64,000 nucleotides of DNA, from IMG/VR virus record IMGVR_UViG_2571042690_000019; one strand, 5' to 3'. A program made the translations under genes and the position numbers. Position 1 is the first letter of the stretch. The number at the start of each line of letters is the position of its first letter. Under the pieces are notes generated by a model. It ran no database searches and was not told where the DNA came from. It saw nothing but the letters and a program-made list of their open reading frames with translations. Source of the stretch: a virus (taxonomy: Duplodnaviria; Heunggongvirae; Uroviricota; Caudoviricetes). Positions 10,366 through 19,152 of the stretch are shown here, piece after piece.

Positions 10366-10500
10366 ATGGATGTTATCTTCGAATTATTAATGCTAATTGA
10401 TCTGTTTATGAACGCTTCATTGACCACTCAAATACTCGCGTCAATATTTTTGTTACTCTTCTACCTGGTATTGAGGGAGTTAACAAAGCTACTAATGTGA
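10366..10500 (+). CDS. small hydrophobic peptide (44 aa), possible membrane toxin-like
   Basis: ATG preceded by GGAG at about -10; MDVIFELLMLIDLFMNASLTTQILASIFLLLFYLVLRELTKLLM; below the ORF-track cutoff. Confidence 0.3.
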   Translation: MDVIFELLMLIDLFMNASLTTQILASIFLLLFYLVLRELTKLLM

Positions 10501-11196
10501 TCAAAGTATCACGGTATCTTCATCAACTTCTTTCCCAGTCAGCGACTTTGGCTGGGAGGTGCCTGCTTTAACTTTTTCATGCCCAATAATGGACAGGAAC
10601 GAAGCGAGTATGCCTGTTTTTTGCTCTTTCTCGACTGTACCGGTCATCTGCTCTACGTAATCCGCACTGGCAACATTGTGGTATACGGTCGCGTAGCAAC
10701 ACAGGATCATCAAAATATGTTCCGGCCTGATATCCTGCCAGTTCACCCGGTAAACTTCTTCTCCGTTACCGTTGTATTCGGTGTCAACGATGGAGTCGGG
10801 AATTTCGAAAGCACCTTTATTGTTTTGCGGCAGGGATAATAGCTTCTGGAGTTTTAGCTCTCTGTATCTTTCCATCCCTACGATGATCGCAGCTCTGCCG
10901 TCGGCATGACGTGTCTTGAGTGTTACCTGGCTTGCTCCGGTGCCAGCGGAGATCGTTGGCGTAATTTCGTCTACCAGCACCTTAAATTTGCTTTTCCGCA
11001 GGGCTGCTATAGCTGGAGGAATCTTTTGCTTTTGTTCCAATGCTGACGCGGGAAGGGGTTTTACTTCGTTAATCACGAGAGCACCGTCTTTCAGTATTGC
11101 AGTGAGCATTTGCGGTTTGCTGGTGGTCAGGCTGAATATTGCTATCTTCTCCATTGTCCTTCCTCCACGGATGACGGATACAAAAAAAGGCCGCAC
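10501..11196 (-). CDS. hypothetical protein
   Basis: 231-aa ORF, no recognisable motif. Confidence 0.5.
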   Translation of the reverse strand: MRPFFVSVIRGGRTMEKIAIFSLTTSKPQMLTAILKDGALVINEVKPLPASALEQKQKIPPAIAALRKSKFKVLVDEITPTISAGTGASQVTLKTRHADGRAAIIVGMERYRELKLQKLLSLPQNNKGAFEIPDSIVDTEYNGNGEEVYRVNWQDIRPEHILMILCCYATVYHNVASADYVEQMTGTVEKEQKTGILASFLSIIGHEKVKAGTSQPKSLTGKEVDEDTVIL

Positions 11197-11389
11197 ATGG
11201 CGGCCTGCTTTGGCGTTATGACTCCCTACCGCGCTTCGGCTGAAAGTTAATCGTCAAAAGAACCTTCAACGGGAGCCGTTAGCGCGATGGATTATGTGCA
11301 GTTTGTGATTTCCAGAATAGTGTCAACCACTTTTTGAGGATTTTATTATTTGACCGAAACTTGGCCTAAATCATGTTGATGTAGTTGAT

Positions 11390-11407
11390 TGTTTTTATAA
11401 CATAAAA
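11390..11407. promoter_or_regulatory. weak C1-operator-like variant
   Basis: gtttttataacataaaac, one mismatch from the TTTTCTAACATAAAA form; upstream of the secreted-protein gene pair. Confidence 0.25.
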
Positions 11408-11422
11408 CTTCATTTTGTTTAC

Positions 11423-12046
11423 ATGAAGGATGGTGTAGTGAAGTTAAGGGTTTTAGGGGCCGCGCTCGCGGCTATGTTGGGATGCGTATCTGCTAATACT
11501 GCCAATGCAACTGCGTTACCTGCACAATTCAGGGCAGGGCAGCAGGTTATGAATAACGCTGTTGGGGATCATTCACAAGCGGCCATTATGGACTTTTGCA
11601 AGAGGGAGGGCATTCCATTACGGCCTGTTGGAACTCAGTTTATTGGTAAAACTGACTTTTGCGTTTTTGCATATACAGCATATCTGACGGACAAAGCTAT
11701 AACAAAAACAGGTTATTCAACCAAAGATACTCTTTCCAGATTAAGTCAGGGATGGCAGCAATTCGAAGTGTATCGCCAGCAAGGATTAGGTGAGTTATTG
11801 CAACCACTTTTTATGCTTGCGTTGGTGCCAGAGGGGCAGCAATTTTTGGTTAAAAAGGGAATGCTTCGCCAAAGTGATATTGCCGGGTTCGATAGCATGA
11901 TGGCTTATGAGCGCAAACTAACCGAGCAGCGAAATAAAAAACCATCTGCTTCATGTGTGCAAAGTAAAACAGCAGAATACAGTGCAGTAGCCGGGCCTTT
12001 AGCCAAACAAATGGCAGAGCAATGGTGTAAAAAATACGGGCAATAA
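11423..12046 (+). CDS. secreted/periplasmic hypothetical protein
   Basis: 207 aa with N-terminal signal-peptide-like segment (LGAALAAMLGCVSANTANA). Confidence 0.5.
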   Translation: MKDGVVKLRVLGAALAAMLGCVSANTANATALPAQFRAGQQVMNNAVGDHSQAAIMDFCKREGIPLRPVGTQFIGKTDFCVFAYTAYLTDKAITKTGYSTKDTLSRLSQGWQQFEVYRQQGLGELLQPLFMLALVPEGQQFLVKKGMLRQSDIAGFDSMMAYERKLTEQRNKKPSASCVQSKTAEYSAVAGPLAKQMAEQWCKKYGQ

Positions 12047-12066
12047 GTTACGCAGCGGAGGCAGAA

Positions 12067-12459
12067 TTGAACAGATTGGCTATTGCTTTACTGGCGTCTT
12101 TCCCTTTGATCGCGAGCGCCGGAAATTTACAAGTTAAGTGCGGTCGGTTTGATATAAAAATCTATCCAGATGCCATATTTCTGAATGGGAATAAGGTTGA
12201 TAACGCACACCGAAAAACTGAATCTGACGTAATGAGCTATGTGTTCCAGGAGTATGCGGAGATGGGGGGAACTTACACGCTGTACTCGCTGGATGTTCCT
12301 TCTCGCGGTGATATGACATTATCCCATCAATGGCAGAACGCCGATGGCGAAGCTCTGCGCGAGGTTAAAACAGAAAAATGTGGCACTTTCCATTCTTTTA
12401 AAGGGAAAGCGCCAAATGTTAAATCTGTGCTTGAAAAACAGCGCGCAGGTGAGCTTTAA
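12067..12459 (+). CDS. secreted/periplasmic hypothetical protein
   Basis: 130 aa with signal peptide (MNRLAIALLASFPLIASAG). Confidence 0.5.
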   Translation: MNRLAIALLASFPLIASAGNLQVKCGRFDIKIYPDAIFLNGNKVDNAHRKTESDVMSYVFQEYAEMGGTYTLYSLDVPSRGDMTLSHQWQNADGEALREVKTEKCGTFHSFKGKAPNVKSVLEKQRAGEL

Positions 12460-12767
12460 ACACCTTTAACCACGGAGATGCCGTTCCCTGCACGATAGCT
12501 GCGGGGAACGGAATTCTCCATCAGGTCACGAATTACTCCCGCCTCATGTAGTTCCTCTGTTTCCCAGTATCTGTTTGTCACCAGATCCAGGCTGGCTATG
12601 ACCTTGTGCCGGTCATTCGGCATAGCCAATTTTTCTGCTATAACCATCAGTGAAAACTCTTCATCCAGTAGGATTTGATACCAGACTTTTGCCAGTTCCA
12701 ACTCTCTAATGAGGGTGAAGCGCCGCTCAAGTGTGGCGGCAGAATAAGTGAAATCTATTTTTTTCAT
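12456..12767 (-). CDS. hypothetical protein
   Basis: 103-aa ORF convergent with the secreted-protein pair. Confidence 0.4.
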   Translation of the reverse strand: MKKIDFTYSAATLERRFTLIRELELAKVWYQILLDEEFSLMVIAEKLAMPNDRHKVIASLDLVTNRYWETEELHEAGVIRDLMENSVPRSYRAGNGISVVKGV

Positions 12768-12826
12768 CGTGCGGATAATCCGATTATTTGGCAGTTAAAT
12801 CCCCGGCGTCGCCGGGGATGCAGCAT

Positions 12827-14005
12827 TTAACTAACAATCCAGTCCATAGCAATAACATCCTCTGGAGCTAAATCAATAGCATGGATTTTCCCGTCACGGA
12901 TGGTGCGCCAGTGCTTTCGTGATCCACCTTCGGGCCACACCCATATACCTTCAGGCCAGGAAGAACGACGACACACTGTTGCGTATCCAGTCCTGATCTT
13001 CTCTCTGACGGTATGTAGTGACAGATTATCCTTTGGGCTTTCAGGCACAGGATGGTGGATTGCCTGAAACATCCCCATCTTTGGATGATACCAGCGTTTA
13101 TTGCGTGGTTCTGCCTCCGACATCACCTGCTTAAAGGCTTTCCGGAAGGGGGCACGTGATCCACCTTCGGGCCACACCCATATACCTTCAGGCCAGGAAG
13201 AACGACGACACACTGTTGCGTATCCAGTCCTGATCTTCTCTCTGACGGTATGTAGTGACAGATTATCCTTTGGGCTTTCAGGCACAGGATGGTGGATTGC
13301 CTGAAACATCCCCATCTTTGGATGATACCAGCGTTTATTGCGTGGTTCTGCCTCCGACATCACCTGCTTAAAGGCTTTCCGGAAGGGGGCCAGGGCCACA
13401 ATGGAACGTCGCGCAAGCAAACCGTCGGGAGTTAAAAACTCATGCGTATCTGTGGGGATCCGGTAAGCGTTGACCAGGTTGCGGCATTTGGCTTCAGTCA
13501 GGCCGCATTTCGCCGCTAACTGGCGATAGCCAATGTAGCCTTCCGGAATATTGCCTTTCTTTATTTGCTCGACGGTTTCAGCGACTTTGGTCACTTGTGC
13601 CGATACTTCGGCTACCTGGGCATTAACGGCGTTGATCCGGCGTTCATGCTCAAGATGCATTTGCGCCATTTCAGCCAGAATTTCGGCTTTTGATTTTAAC
13701 TGTACCCGGGCATTCTCCAGTTCGCGCCAGCGGTCCACCAGCCGGGCGGTGAATTCGGGAGAGAGCTGCGCGACGACGACAATACTATCGCGCTTGCCTT
13801 GCTCGCCTTCGAAGAAATAGGCTTTTGTGTATTTATTAGGGCTAAGTGATTGATTATTCTCAACTGTAGCCAATGGCGTATGTTGGATAACTCCTTTAGC
13901 AACAAGTCTTTCGATGCTGCGTTTAACATCAGAGTGACGACTTCCCACCAGTTCCGCGATCTCAATGCTGGTCATTGTCGCTTTTTGAGAGATGGACAGA
14001 TTCAT
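12827..14005 (-). CDS. Rha/Ant-family antirepressor (immI-like module 1) with internal duplication and C-terminal fusion
   Basis: N-terminal Rha-type HTH (MTSIEIAELVGSRHSDVKRSIERL); paralog of 53204..53956; a 79-aa segment occurs twice in tandem; C-terminus matches the separate small ORF 53007..53207 of module 2. Confidence 0.65.
   Translation of the reverse strand: MNLSISQKATMTSIEIAELVGSRHSDVKRSIERLVAKGVIQHTPLATVENNQSLSPNKYTKAYFFEGEQGKRDSIVVVAQLSPEFTARLVDRWRELENARVQLKSKAEILAEMAQMHLEHERRINAVNAQVAEVSAQVTKVAETVEQIKKGNIPEGYIGYRQLAAKCGLTEAKCRNLVNAYRIPTDTHEFLTPDGLLARRSIVALAPFRKAFKQVMSEAEPRNKRWYHPKMGMFQAIHHPVPESPKDNLSLHTVREKIRTGYATVCRRSSWPEGIWVWPEGGSRAPFRKAFKQVMSEAEPRNKRWYHPKMGMFQAIHHPVPESPKDNLSLHTVREKIRTGYATVCRRSSWPEGIWVWPEGGSRKHWRTIRDGKIHAIDLAPEDVIAMDWIVS
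12918..13391. repeat. perfect tandem direct duplication, 2 x 237 bp, inside the antirepressor gene
   Basis: Sequence from about 12918 to 13154 repeats at 13155 to 13391 (gtgatccaccttcgggccacaccc...cttaaaggctttccggaaggggg); 237 is a multiple of 3, so in frame. Confidence 0.9.
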
Positions 14006-14220
14006 CAGTGCACCTCCACGCAGTTCATTGGCAGATTCCAGTAATTGAGGATCTCCATCGCATCAAGAGTGAAGCGAGCAGCAAAAATGCAGGGTTCTTC
14101 GGGAAGGTATGAGCGCGCCTCTGCTTCGGTAGCAGCCATTACGCAGATATAAAGGTGTTTTTGGCAGGAATAGAAACGCCAGATAAATTCAGAATGAGTT
14201 GGGGTAGGGATAGTAGCCAT
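14005..14220 (-). CDS. Icd-like small protein (immI module 1)
   Basis: 71 aa directly upstream of the antirepressor; paralog of 53911..54135 (shared EFIWRF..LQKH...AATE.EARS); size and position match P1 icd from memory. Confidence 0.45.
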   Translation of the reverse strand: MATIPTPTHSEFIWRFYSCQKHLYICVMAATEAEARSYLPEEPCIFAARFTLDAMEILNYWNLPMNCVEVH

Positions 14221-14224
14221 ATTG

Positions 14225-14400
14225 GCAGCCTCCTTTGACTAAGTTAAGGAGCTACCGCGTGAGGTTCCAATCTCAATGGCGGTAGCACTGACTGGGTTGG
14301 AACTACCGGCGTCAAAGGGAACCGGCCTGCCTTTCGGCAGCCCAGCCAGCACTACCATTGATCTCTGAGCTAAACGCTAAGTATGGCTGTGCGATGGCAT
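14225..14400 (-). ncRNA. candidate c4-like antisense RNA / structured leader (immI module 1)
   Basis: Non-coding stretch with nested hairpins (gctaccgc...gcggtagc; ggcctgcc-tttc-ggcagcc) and GGTTCCAA / TTGGAAC complementary heptamers. Coordinates approximate. Confidence 0.25.
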
Positions 14401-14404
14401 GACA

Positions 14405-14427
14405 CAAAAAAAGACGCGTTCGGCGTC
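14405..14427 (-). terminator. rho-independent terminator (minus strand)
   Basis: Minus-strand RNA gacgccgaacgcgtc followed by U7. Confidence 0.5.
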
Positions 14428-14469
14428 TGTGTCGCCTTTGACATTATCCGGGGTTCCAATCCCGGCACC

Positions 14470-14486
14470 CGTTTTTCTAAGGTGCC
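14470..14486. promoter_or_regulatory. C1-operator-like variant upstream of immI module 1
   Basis: ccgtttttctaaggtgc, TTTTCTAAGG variant of the recurring core. Confidence 0.3.
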
Positions 14487-15020
14487 GTAGAAATATACCC
14501 CACGATAATGCCATGGCGCAACAGTCAGTATTTTATGCTTTGGCGGATTTCTTCCGGGCTTGCTTGCAGGCGTAGGCCATTGCTTTAGCTTTCACTTCAT
14601 CCAGCTTCCCGGTGATCACTTCTTTTCCGAGAGTGACAAACCAGTCATAGCAACCGCCAGTAATGTTCTTGATTTGAAAGTTGAGGTAGCGAACAGTCAT
14701 TTTGACACCCCCAGCGCGAGTAAAGAATGCAGATTATCGCGTGAGTGGTGGACGACGAGTGATGGGAAAAGACTGTAGTTGTTCATAGTGTAGTGACTCC
14801 TTGCTTTCGGAGCCGCCATTGACTGTTCCACGGTCTGGTGGCGGCGCAATAAAGGCTGGAACACCGTGAGTCAACGGGGGCTTTTCAGCCACCTATATTG
14901 CACCGCCATAGGTATAGCGGCGGCAATAATACGAAAAACTAAACAGTTTGTCTCAAAAAGTTGACCGGTGTGCCAATCGGTAGTGAATGTACATCGGGGA
15001 AATTTACAATTCAACTTAAA

Positions 15021-15033
15021 ATGTTAGAAAACT
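15021..15033. promoter_or_regulatory. C1-operator-like site
   Basis: atgttagaaaact (reverse complement AGTTTTCTAACAT) at the 3' end of the ref-like gene. Confidence 0.4.
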
Positions 15034-15610
15034 AATTTATCAATTCAATCGCCATCTGATACAACGCCATTTCATCGGCATTGTGCCGTATGAAATCTGC
15101 TTTTCCGCCTATTTTTCCATCAGCATGAACAGGGACCAGCCAGGGATATTGTTCTCGGACCTCGGCTGGCGCTGCGTACTGGTGGTGCCATTTACACAAA
15201 GGGAGGACATATTTATGCGCGTTCTCTGCCGTTCTCCCGAAGATATGGTGCAGGGATACTACTGGGCTATGTTGCCCGTGAATATGGCAGGCAATGCAGG
15301 GGAGAGTACCGATAGCGGTCTGTATCCGGCGTTCATCGGCTGTGAGTGATCTGCCCTTCAGGCCGCGTGACGTGCGTGTTTTTTTGGGCGGAGCGGATAC
15401 AGCTTTATCTTTTCTCCGCTGTTCATATTGCTTTGCTTTTTCAATTTTCTTTTGCCGATATTCAGGCGATGCGGCTTTTTCTCTCGCTCGCTGCTGCTGG
15501 CGTTGAGCTTGTTGAAGGCGCTTTGCCCTTTGTTCCTCTCGCCAGGCCGGGTCAGCCAATTTTTGCATGGCTTTTTGTCTCTGTTTCTCCCAATAACTCT
15601 GTTTCTGCAT
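15032..15610 (-). CDS. ref: Ref-like HNH endonuclease (RecA-dependent nuclease)
   Basis: 192 aa; highly basic Q/R/K-rich disordered N-terminus then Cys/His core (LPCIACHIHG...SLHHIFGRT...LPLCKWHH), as recalled for P1 Ref. Confidence 0.55.
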   Translation of the reverse strand: MQKQSYWEKQRQKAMQKLADPAWREEQRAKRLQQAQRQQQRAREKAASPEYRQKKIEKAKQYEQRRKDKAVSAPPKKTRTSRGLKGRSLTADERRIQTAIGTLPCIACHIHGQHSPVVSLHHIFGRTAENAHKYVLPLCKWHHQYAAPAEVREQYPWLVPVHADGKIGGKADFIRHNADEMALYQMAIELIN

Positions 15611-15677
15611 GATGGCAGTCTCTTACTTTTCAACGATTTTTCTATGATTGATCAAAATGGTTAGATATTCAAAATTG

Positions 15678-15695
15678 ATTTTCTAACATAAAACA
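15678..15695. promoter_or_regulatory. C1-operator-like site in divergent promoter region (ref / 15856 operon)
   Basis: gattttctaacataaaac. Confidence 0.45.
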
Positions 15696-15855
15696 TTAAT
15701 ATCATTCCTGATAACTGTTTGGAGGACATGATGCTTATAGCTTTAAGTGCGATCCACCAGCCATCTGTGAATGAGATTGGCCTGTTCTATGTGTTGGTTT
15801 TCGGGGCGTTGGCGCTACTTGAGCTTGGTATTGAGCTTTTCGCAGTGCTTATGTT

Positions 15856-16506
15856 TTGCGTCACGATTCTGGGGAAATTTTGATGGTGAAACGTGTTTTG
15901 AAAATTTACATCGCGGGGCCGATGACTGGTTATCCAGATTACAACCGTGCGGCGTTTAATGCGAAAGCGAGCGAGCTGATGTCTGAAGGGCATATCGTTC
16001 TGAATCCAGCTGTGTTACCTGGTGGCCTTTGCCAGAGTGAATACATGGATATTTGCCTGGCAATGGTGCGTTCTGCTGATGCGATCTATCTGCTCAATCA
16101 ATGGGAAGAATCGGTTGGTGCTCGCGCAGAGCACGCGCTGGCTGAAAAGCTGGGGCTGACTGTAATTTATGAGTCACAAACCAACATTGAATGCCAGGTT
16201 GCTCCGCATATTTACCGTGAACTGGTAAATGCGTTACGTGATGTTGCTATTGAATGTCACGGCACGGATCAGCTTCGCGCCCGCTTAAGCAAAACCCTTT
16301 CCAGTTACCTGTCTTTGGCTGAAGGATACAACCTCCGGCAGCGGAGAATGGTCAAATTAATCACGCGTTTATCTCAATCCCTGGCAAATGCCGAACCAAC
16401 TAATCCGCTACCTAATGACGCAATGAATTACCTGAAGTCATGCGGCGTTGTTTCTGAAGATGCAGTTCGTTTTGTGGAGTTTATGTCTCAGAGGATGTCA
16501 GCGTGA
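15856..16506 (+). CDS. nucleoside 2-deoxyribosyltransferase-like (DUF4406-type) protein with extra C-terminal module
   Basis: N-terminal IYIAGPMTGYPDYNRAAFNAKASEL...ADAIYLLNQWEESVGARAEHALAEKLGL; C-terminal HIYRELVNALRDVAIECHGTDQLRARLSK is shared with the 538-aa protein at 24449..26065. Confidence 0.45.
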   Translation: MRHDSGEILMVKRVLKIYIAGPMTGYPDYNRAAFNAKASELMSEGHIVLNPAVLPGGLCQSEYMDICLAMVRSADAIYLLNQWEESVGARAEHALAEKLGLTVIYESQTNIECQVAPHIYRELVNALRDVAIECHGTDQLRARLSKTLSSYLSLAEGYNLRQRRMVKLITRLSQSLANAEPTNPLPNDAMNYLKSCGVVSEDAVRFVEFMSQRMSA

Positions 16507-16820
16507 GCTGGCGGGGATGGGGAAGGGCGGAAATCATGATACTCCGCCAGTGCGCCGGGACTATGACAGTCGTGAGTATTGGGAGGCTGATCGGGCGTAC
16601 CGGTAGTGCTGTCAGAACCAAAGCGCGGCAACTGCGGATCTGCATGATTCTGAAAGGAGACTTTCACCCGTCAGCCAAATACCGGCAGGGCGATATAGAA
16701 CTGGCACGGCAGCTTCATCGGTGTGGTGTTCCCCGCCGTGAGATCGCAGAAAAACTCGAAATGCCCTTGAGCATGATTAATCAGTACGTTTATTTCGAAA
16801 GGAGAGTACATGAAGTCTGA
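16503..16820 (+). CDS. small HTH DNA-binding protein
   Basis: 105 aa; C-terminal HTH-like GVPRREIAEKLEMPLSMINQYV; start overlaps upstream stop. Confidence 0.45.
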   Translation: MSWRGWGRAEIMILRQCAGTMTVVSIGRLIGRTGSAVRTKARQLRICMILKGDFHPSAKYRQGDIELARQLHRCGVPRREIAEKLEMPLSMINQYVYFERRVHEV

Positions 16821-17313
16821 AGGTTTAACGCCAGCACAACTGGCAGAGCGTAACGCTGAGTATGTAACGGAAATTTCCCGACTTGAGAAAGAACGCTCGG
16901 CGCTGGCGGCGGAGAATGAACTGGCTCGTAAGGCAGTTCAGGCATTCTGCGATGTTGTTGGCGACAACACCGAGGTTATCGCTGAGGAGGTTGGGCGAGA
17001 TGGCGTTCTGGTTATTTTGGAGGCCATGAAGGCAACAGGAAATATGCCAGCCACCGATGCTTTCCTGGCTGAAATTCGTGCGGAGGCTCGCAACGAGGGG
17101 ATTAACTATACCGCAAGCCGTCTTGCTGCTGCTTTCAACCACGGATTTATCAATAAGTCTTTACGTGAAGTTTTCGACGTTACACGCATGATTCTGTCAG
17201 CGAAAGAAGAGTTGGCTAATGAACCGCACCCGATTGATGGCCTGTCCGGTGAATATGCGGAGAAATCCCTTGAAGAATGGGCGGAACAGATTCGCAAAGG
17301 AGCTGACAAGTGA
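16810..17313 (+). CDS. coiled-coil paralog family member 1
   Basis: 167 aa; family motifs SALAAENELARKA, PATDAFLAEIRAEA, AEQIRKGADK. Confidence 0.5.
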   Translation: MKSEGLTPAQLAERNAEYVTEISRLEKERSALAAENELARKAVQAFCDVVGDNTEVIAEEVGRDGVLVILEAMKATGNMPATDAFLAEIRAEARNEGINYTASRLAAAFNHGFINKSLREVFDVTRMILSAKEELANEPHPIDGLSGEYAEKSLEEWAEQIRKGADK

Positions 17314-17720
17314 AGAAGATGATTTTTGTCGCGGCATTGTTGGTGAATATCCAACAAGTGCATGCTTCAGCAGCTATTGTAGCCTCTACCGCCGCGACTA
17401 CGGCTGCTGTAGCTGCTGCGAACTCTGCGAATATCGCAAACCAACAGGCACAGCGTGCTGCTAATGCATCAGCCAGCGTTCACTCAATCACCATTAAGAG
17501 CAGTAAGCAAAATCTGGGATTCATAACGTGCGGCACGCGTTCTAATGAAGCTGTAGGTTCACTTGGATGTACGGTATATGGGGGTAGTGAGAATAGAGAA
17601 ATTCCATGGAAAACGTGGCCCGGATACGTTCTTGGCTCGAAGCTCCCGGCCAGTTATGAAGTAAACGCCGTATCGTTTGATCACTATAACGGCGTGGCAA
17701 CGGTCTATTTTGCATATTGA
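17310..17720 (+). CDS. small secreted protein
   Basis: 136 aa with signal peptide and Ala/Thr-rich repeat. Confidence 0.45.
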   Translation: MKKMIFVAALLVNIQQVHASAAIVASTAATTAAVAAANSANIANQQAQRAANASASVHSITIKSSKQNLGFITCGTRSNEAVGSLGCTVYGGSENREIPWKTWPGYVLGSKLPASYEVNAVSFDHYNGVATVYFAY

Positions 17721-18514
17721 GGCTCCGCATGAAATTCTCCAAATTTTCTGAGTTGGTGAATCGTATTTTGTCCAACAACCACAGCCATCGTCGCGATATG
17801 GATGTAACGATCGTTGTTCATTCGCCTGGCAGCATTGGTTCAACACCCTCAGTTGAGGTTCAGTCAATTCACGCTGGTTTTGATTGGGATTCCGGGAAAG
17901 TGCTGATTTTCCCAGCACAGCCACTGACCACGCTAACACCAGAACAGATTACTGATATTACTGATAGTGTGCGCAAAGGTCAGTCCTGGCACGCATATCA
18001 GGAATACAAGAAGCATAAAGAGCAGTTGGAAAAATTATCGATTGAACTTGATACCGCAAAACAGCGCATTGCAGAGCTGGAGGGTAATCGCGCGGCGCTG
18101 GCTGCGGAGAATGCGAGACTGAAGGCGATATGTGAGGATCGCCGCACGTTCATTATGAATGGCGTGCAGCTTGGTTTTATCAAGGTGCCAACAGTGGAAA
18201 TAGATCCAGCTCTTGAAACAATTCGTATCGCCCTATCACCACAAAAAACCACTCCTGCGACCGACACTTTCCTAGATGAAGTGAAGACTGAAGCACGCAA
18301 GGAGGGCGCTTACTTTGTGGCGAATAGAATGCTGGCTGCCTGGGAAGCTGGTTTTATTGATGATACTGCGAAGAACGCCGCGGATATTGCCCGGATGATT
18401 CTTACCTCTACTGAGTTTATGGCTAATGCGCGGGAAGGCGATTTTGACCGCTCATTCTCTGATGGTGTTCTCGAAGATATCGCTGAACAGCTTCGCAAAG
18501 GAGGCAGCCAGTGA
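17717..18514 (+). CDS. coiled-coil paralog family member 2
   Basis: 265 aa; AKQRIAELEGNRAALAAENARLKA, PATDTFLDEVKTEARKEG, C-terminal AEQLRKGGSQ overlapping the next GTG start. Confidence 0.5.
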   Translation: MRLRMKFSKFSELVNRILSNNHSHRRDMDVTIVVHSPGSIGSTPSVEVQSIHAGFDWDSGKVLIFPAQPLTTLTPEQITDITDSVRKGQSWHAYQEYKKHKEQLEKLSIELDTAKQRIAELEGNRAALAAENARLKAICEDRRTFIMNGVQLGFIKVPTVEIDPALETIRIALSPQKTTPATDTFLDEVKTEARKEGAYFVANRMLAAWEAGFIDDTAKNAADIARMILTSTEFMANAREGDFDRSFSDGVLEDIAEQLRKGGSQ

Positions 18515-19152
18515 GCGAGCTTTACTATCAGACGTTACGTGAACGTTTTTCACCGAAACCAGCGCCTAAATGCTCTGTTTGTGGCGAGGAAATGTCAATG
18601 CAGCGCATATCTGGATCACATGTTGTTTATGCCTGTTCCGGCATGGAGGACGACGGATGCTTCAAAACTGGACGAACTTATGCTGACGAGCATTACAAAA
18701 AATCGCGCATAACAGTAGTTGATGATAGCGATCCTGATGTGATTGAACTGCTGGAAGAGAACATGGAGATGGCTCTAACGCTTGAGAAGCTGCGTGTTGA
18801 GCTGGAGGCTGCTAAACAGCGTATTGCCGAATATGAAAGCAATTGCGGGGCGATGGTGGCGGAATGCCAAAGCAAAAAAGCAGCTCTTGAGGCAATTCTT
18901 AGCCATTGCCCAATTAATCATCCAGATATAGACATCGCATGTATAGCGAACATCGCTCATAACGAATTAGGCGGGGCGAAAAGCACTACATCTAAGGCAT
19001 ACCTTGTAGAAATACAGGCACAAGGGGTGGAGGCATTCGCTTTGACGATGCGCGATACCGGAGATGATCCATTTTTTGATTCCGTTGCTTCTGCTTGCGC
19101 GGATGCAGCTGATAGGTTCGCTGCCCAGCTTCGAAAAGGAGGCAAACAGTGA
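18511..19152 (+). CDS. coiled-coil paralog family member 3
   Basis: 213 aa from GTG; N-terminal VSELYYQTLRERF module, CxxC...C, LEAAKQRIAEYE, C-terminal AAQLRKGGKQ. Confidence 0.5.
   Translation: MSELYYQTLRERFSPKPAPKCSVCGEEMSMQRISGSHVVYACSGMEDDGCFKTGRTYADEHYKKSRITVVDDSDPDVIELLEENMEMALTLEKLRVELEAAKQRIAEYESNCGAMVAECQSKKAALEAILSHCPINHPDIDIACIANIAHNELGGAKSTTSKAYLVEIQAQGVEAFALTMRDTGDDPFFDSVASACADAADRFAAQLRKGGKQ

Noticed and set aside
14560-14778. 72-aa plus-strand ORF between ref and immI module 1
   Set aside because: Lies in a region better explained as leader/terminator/operator of the minus-strand immI transcript; no RBS.
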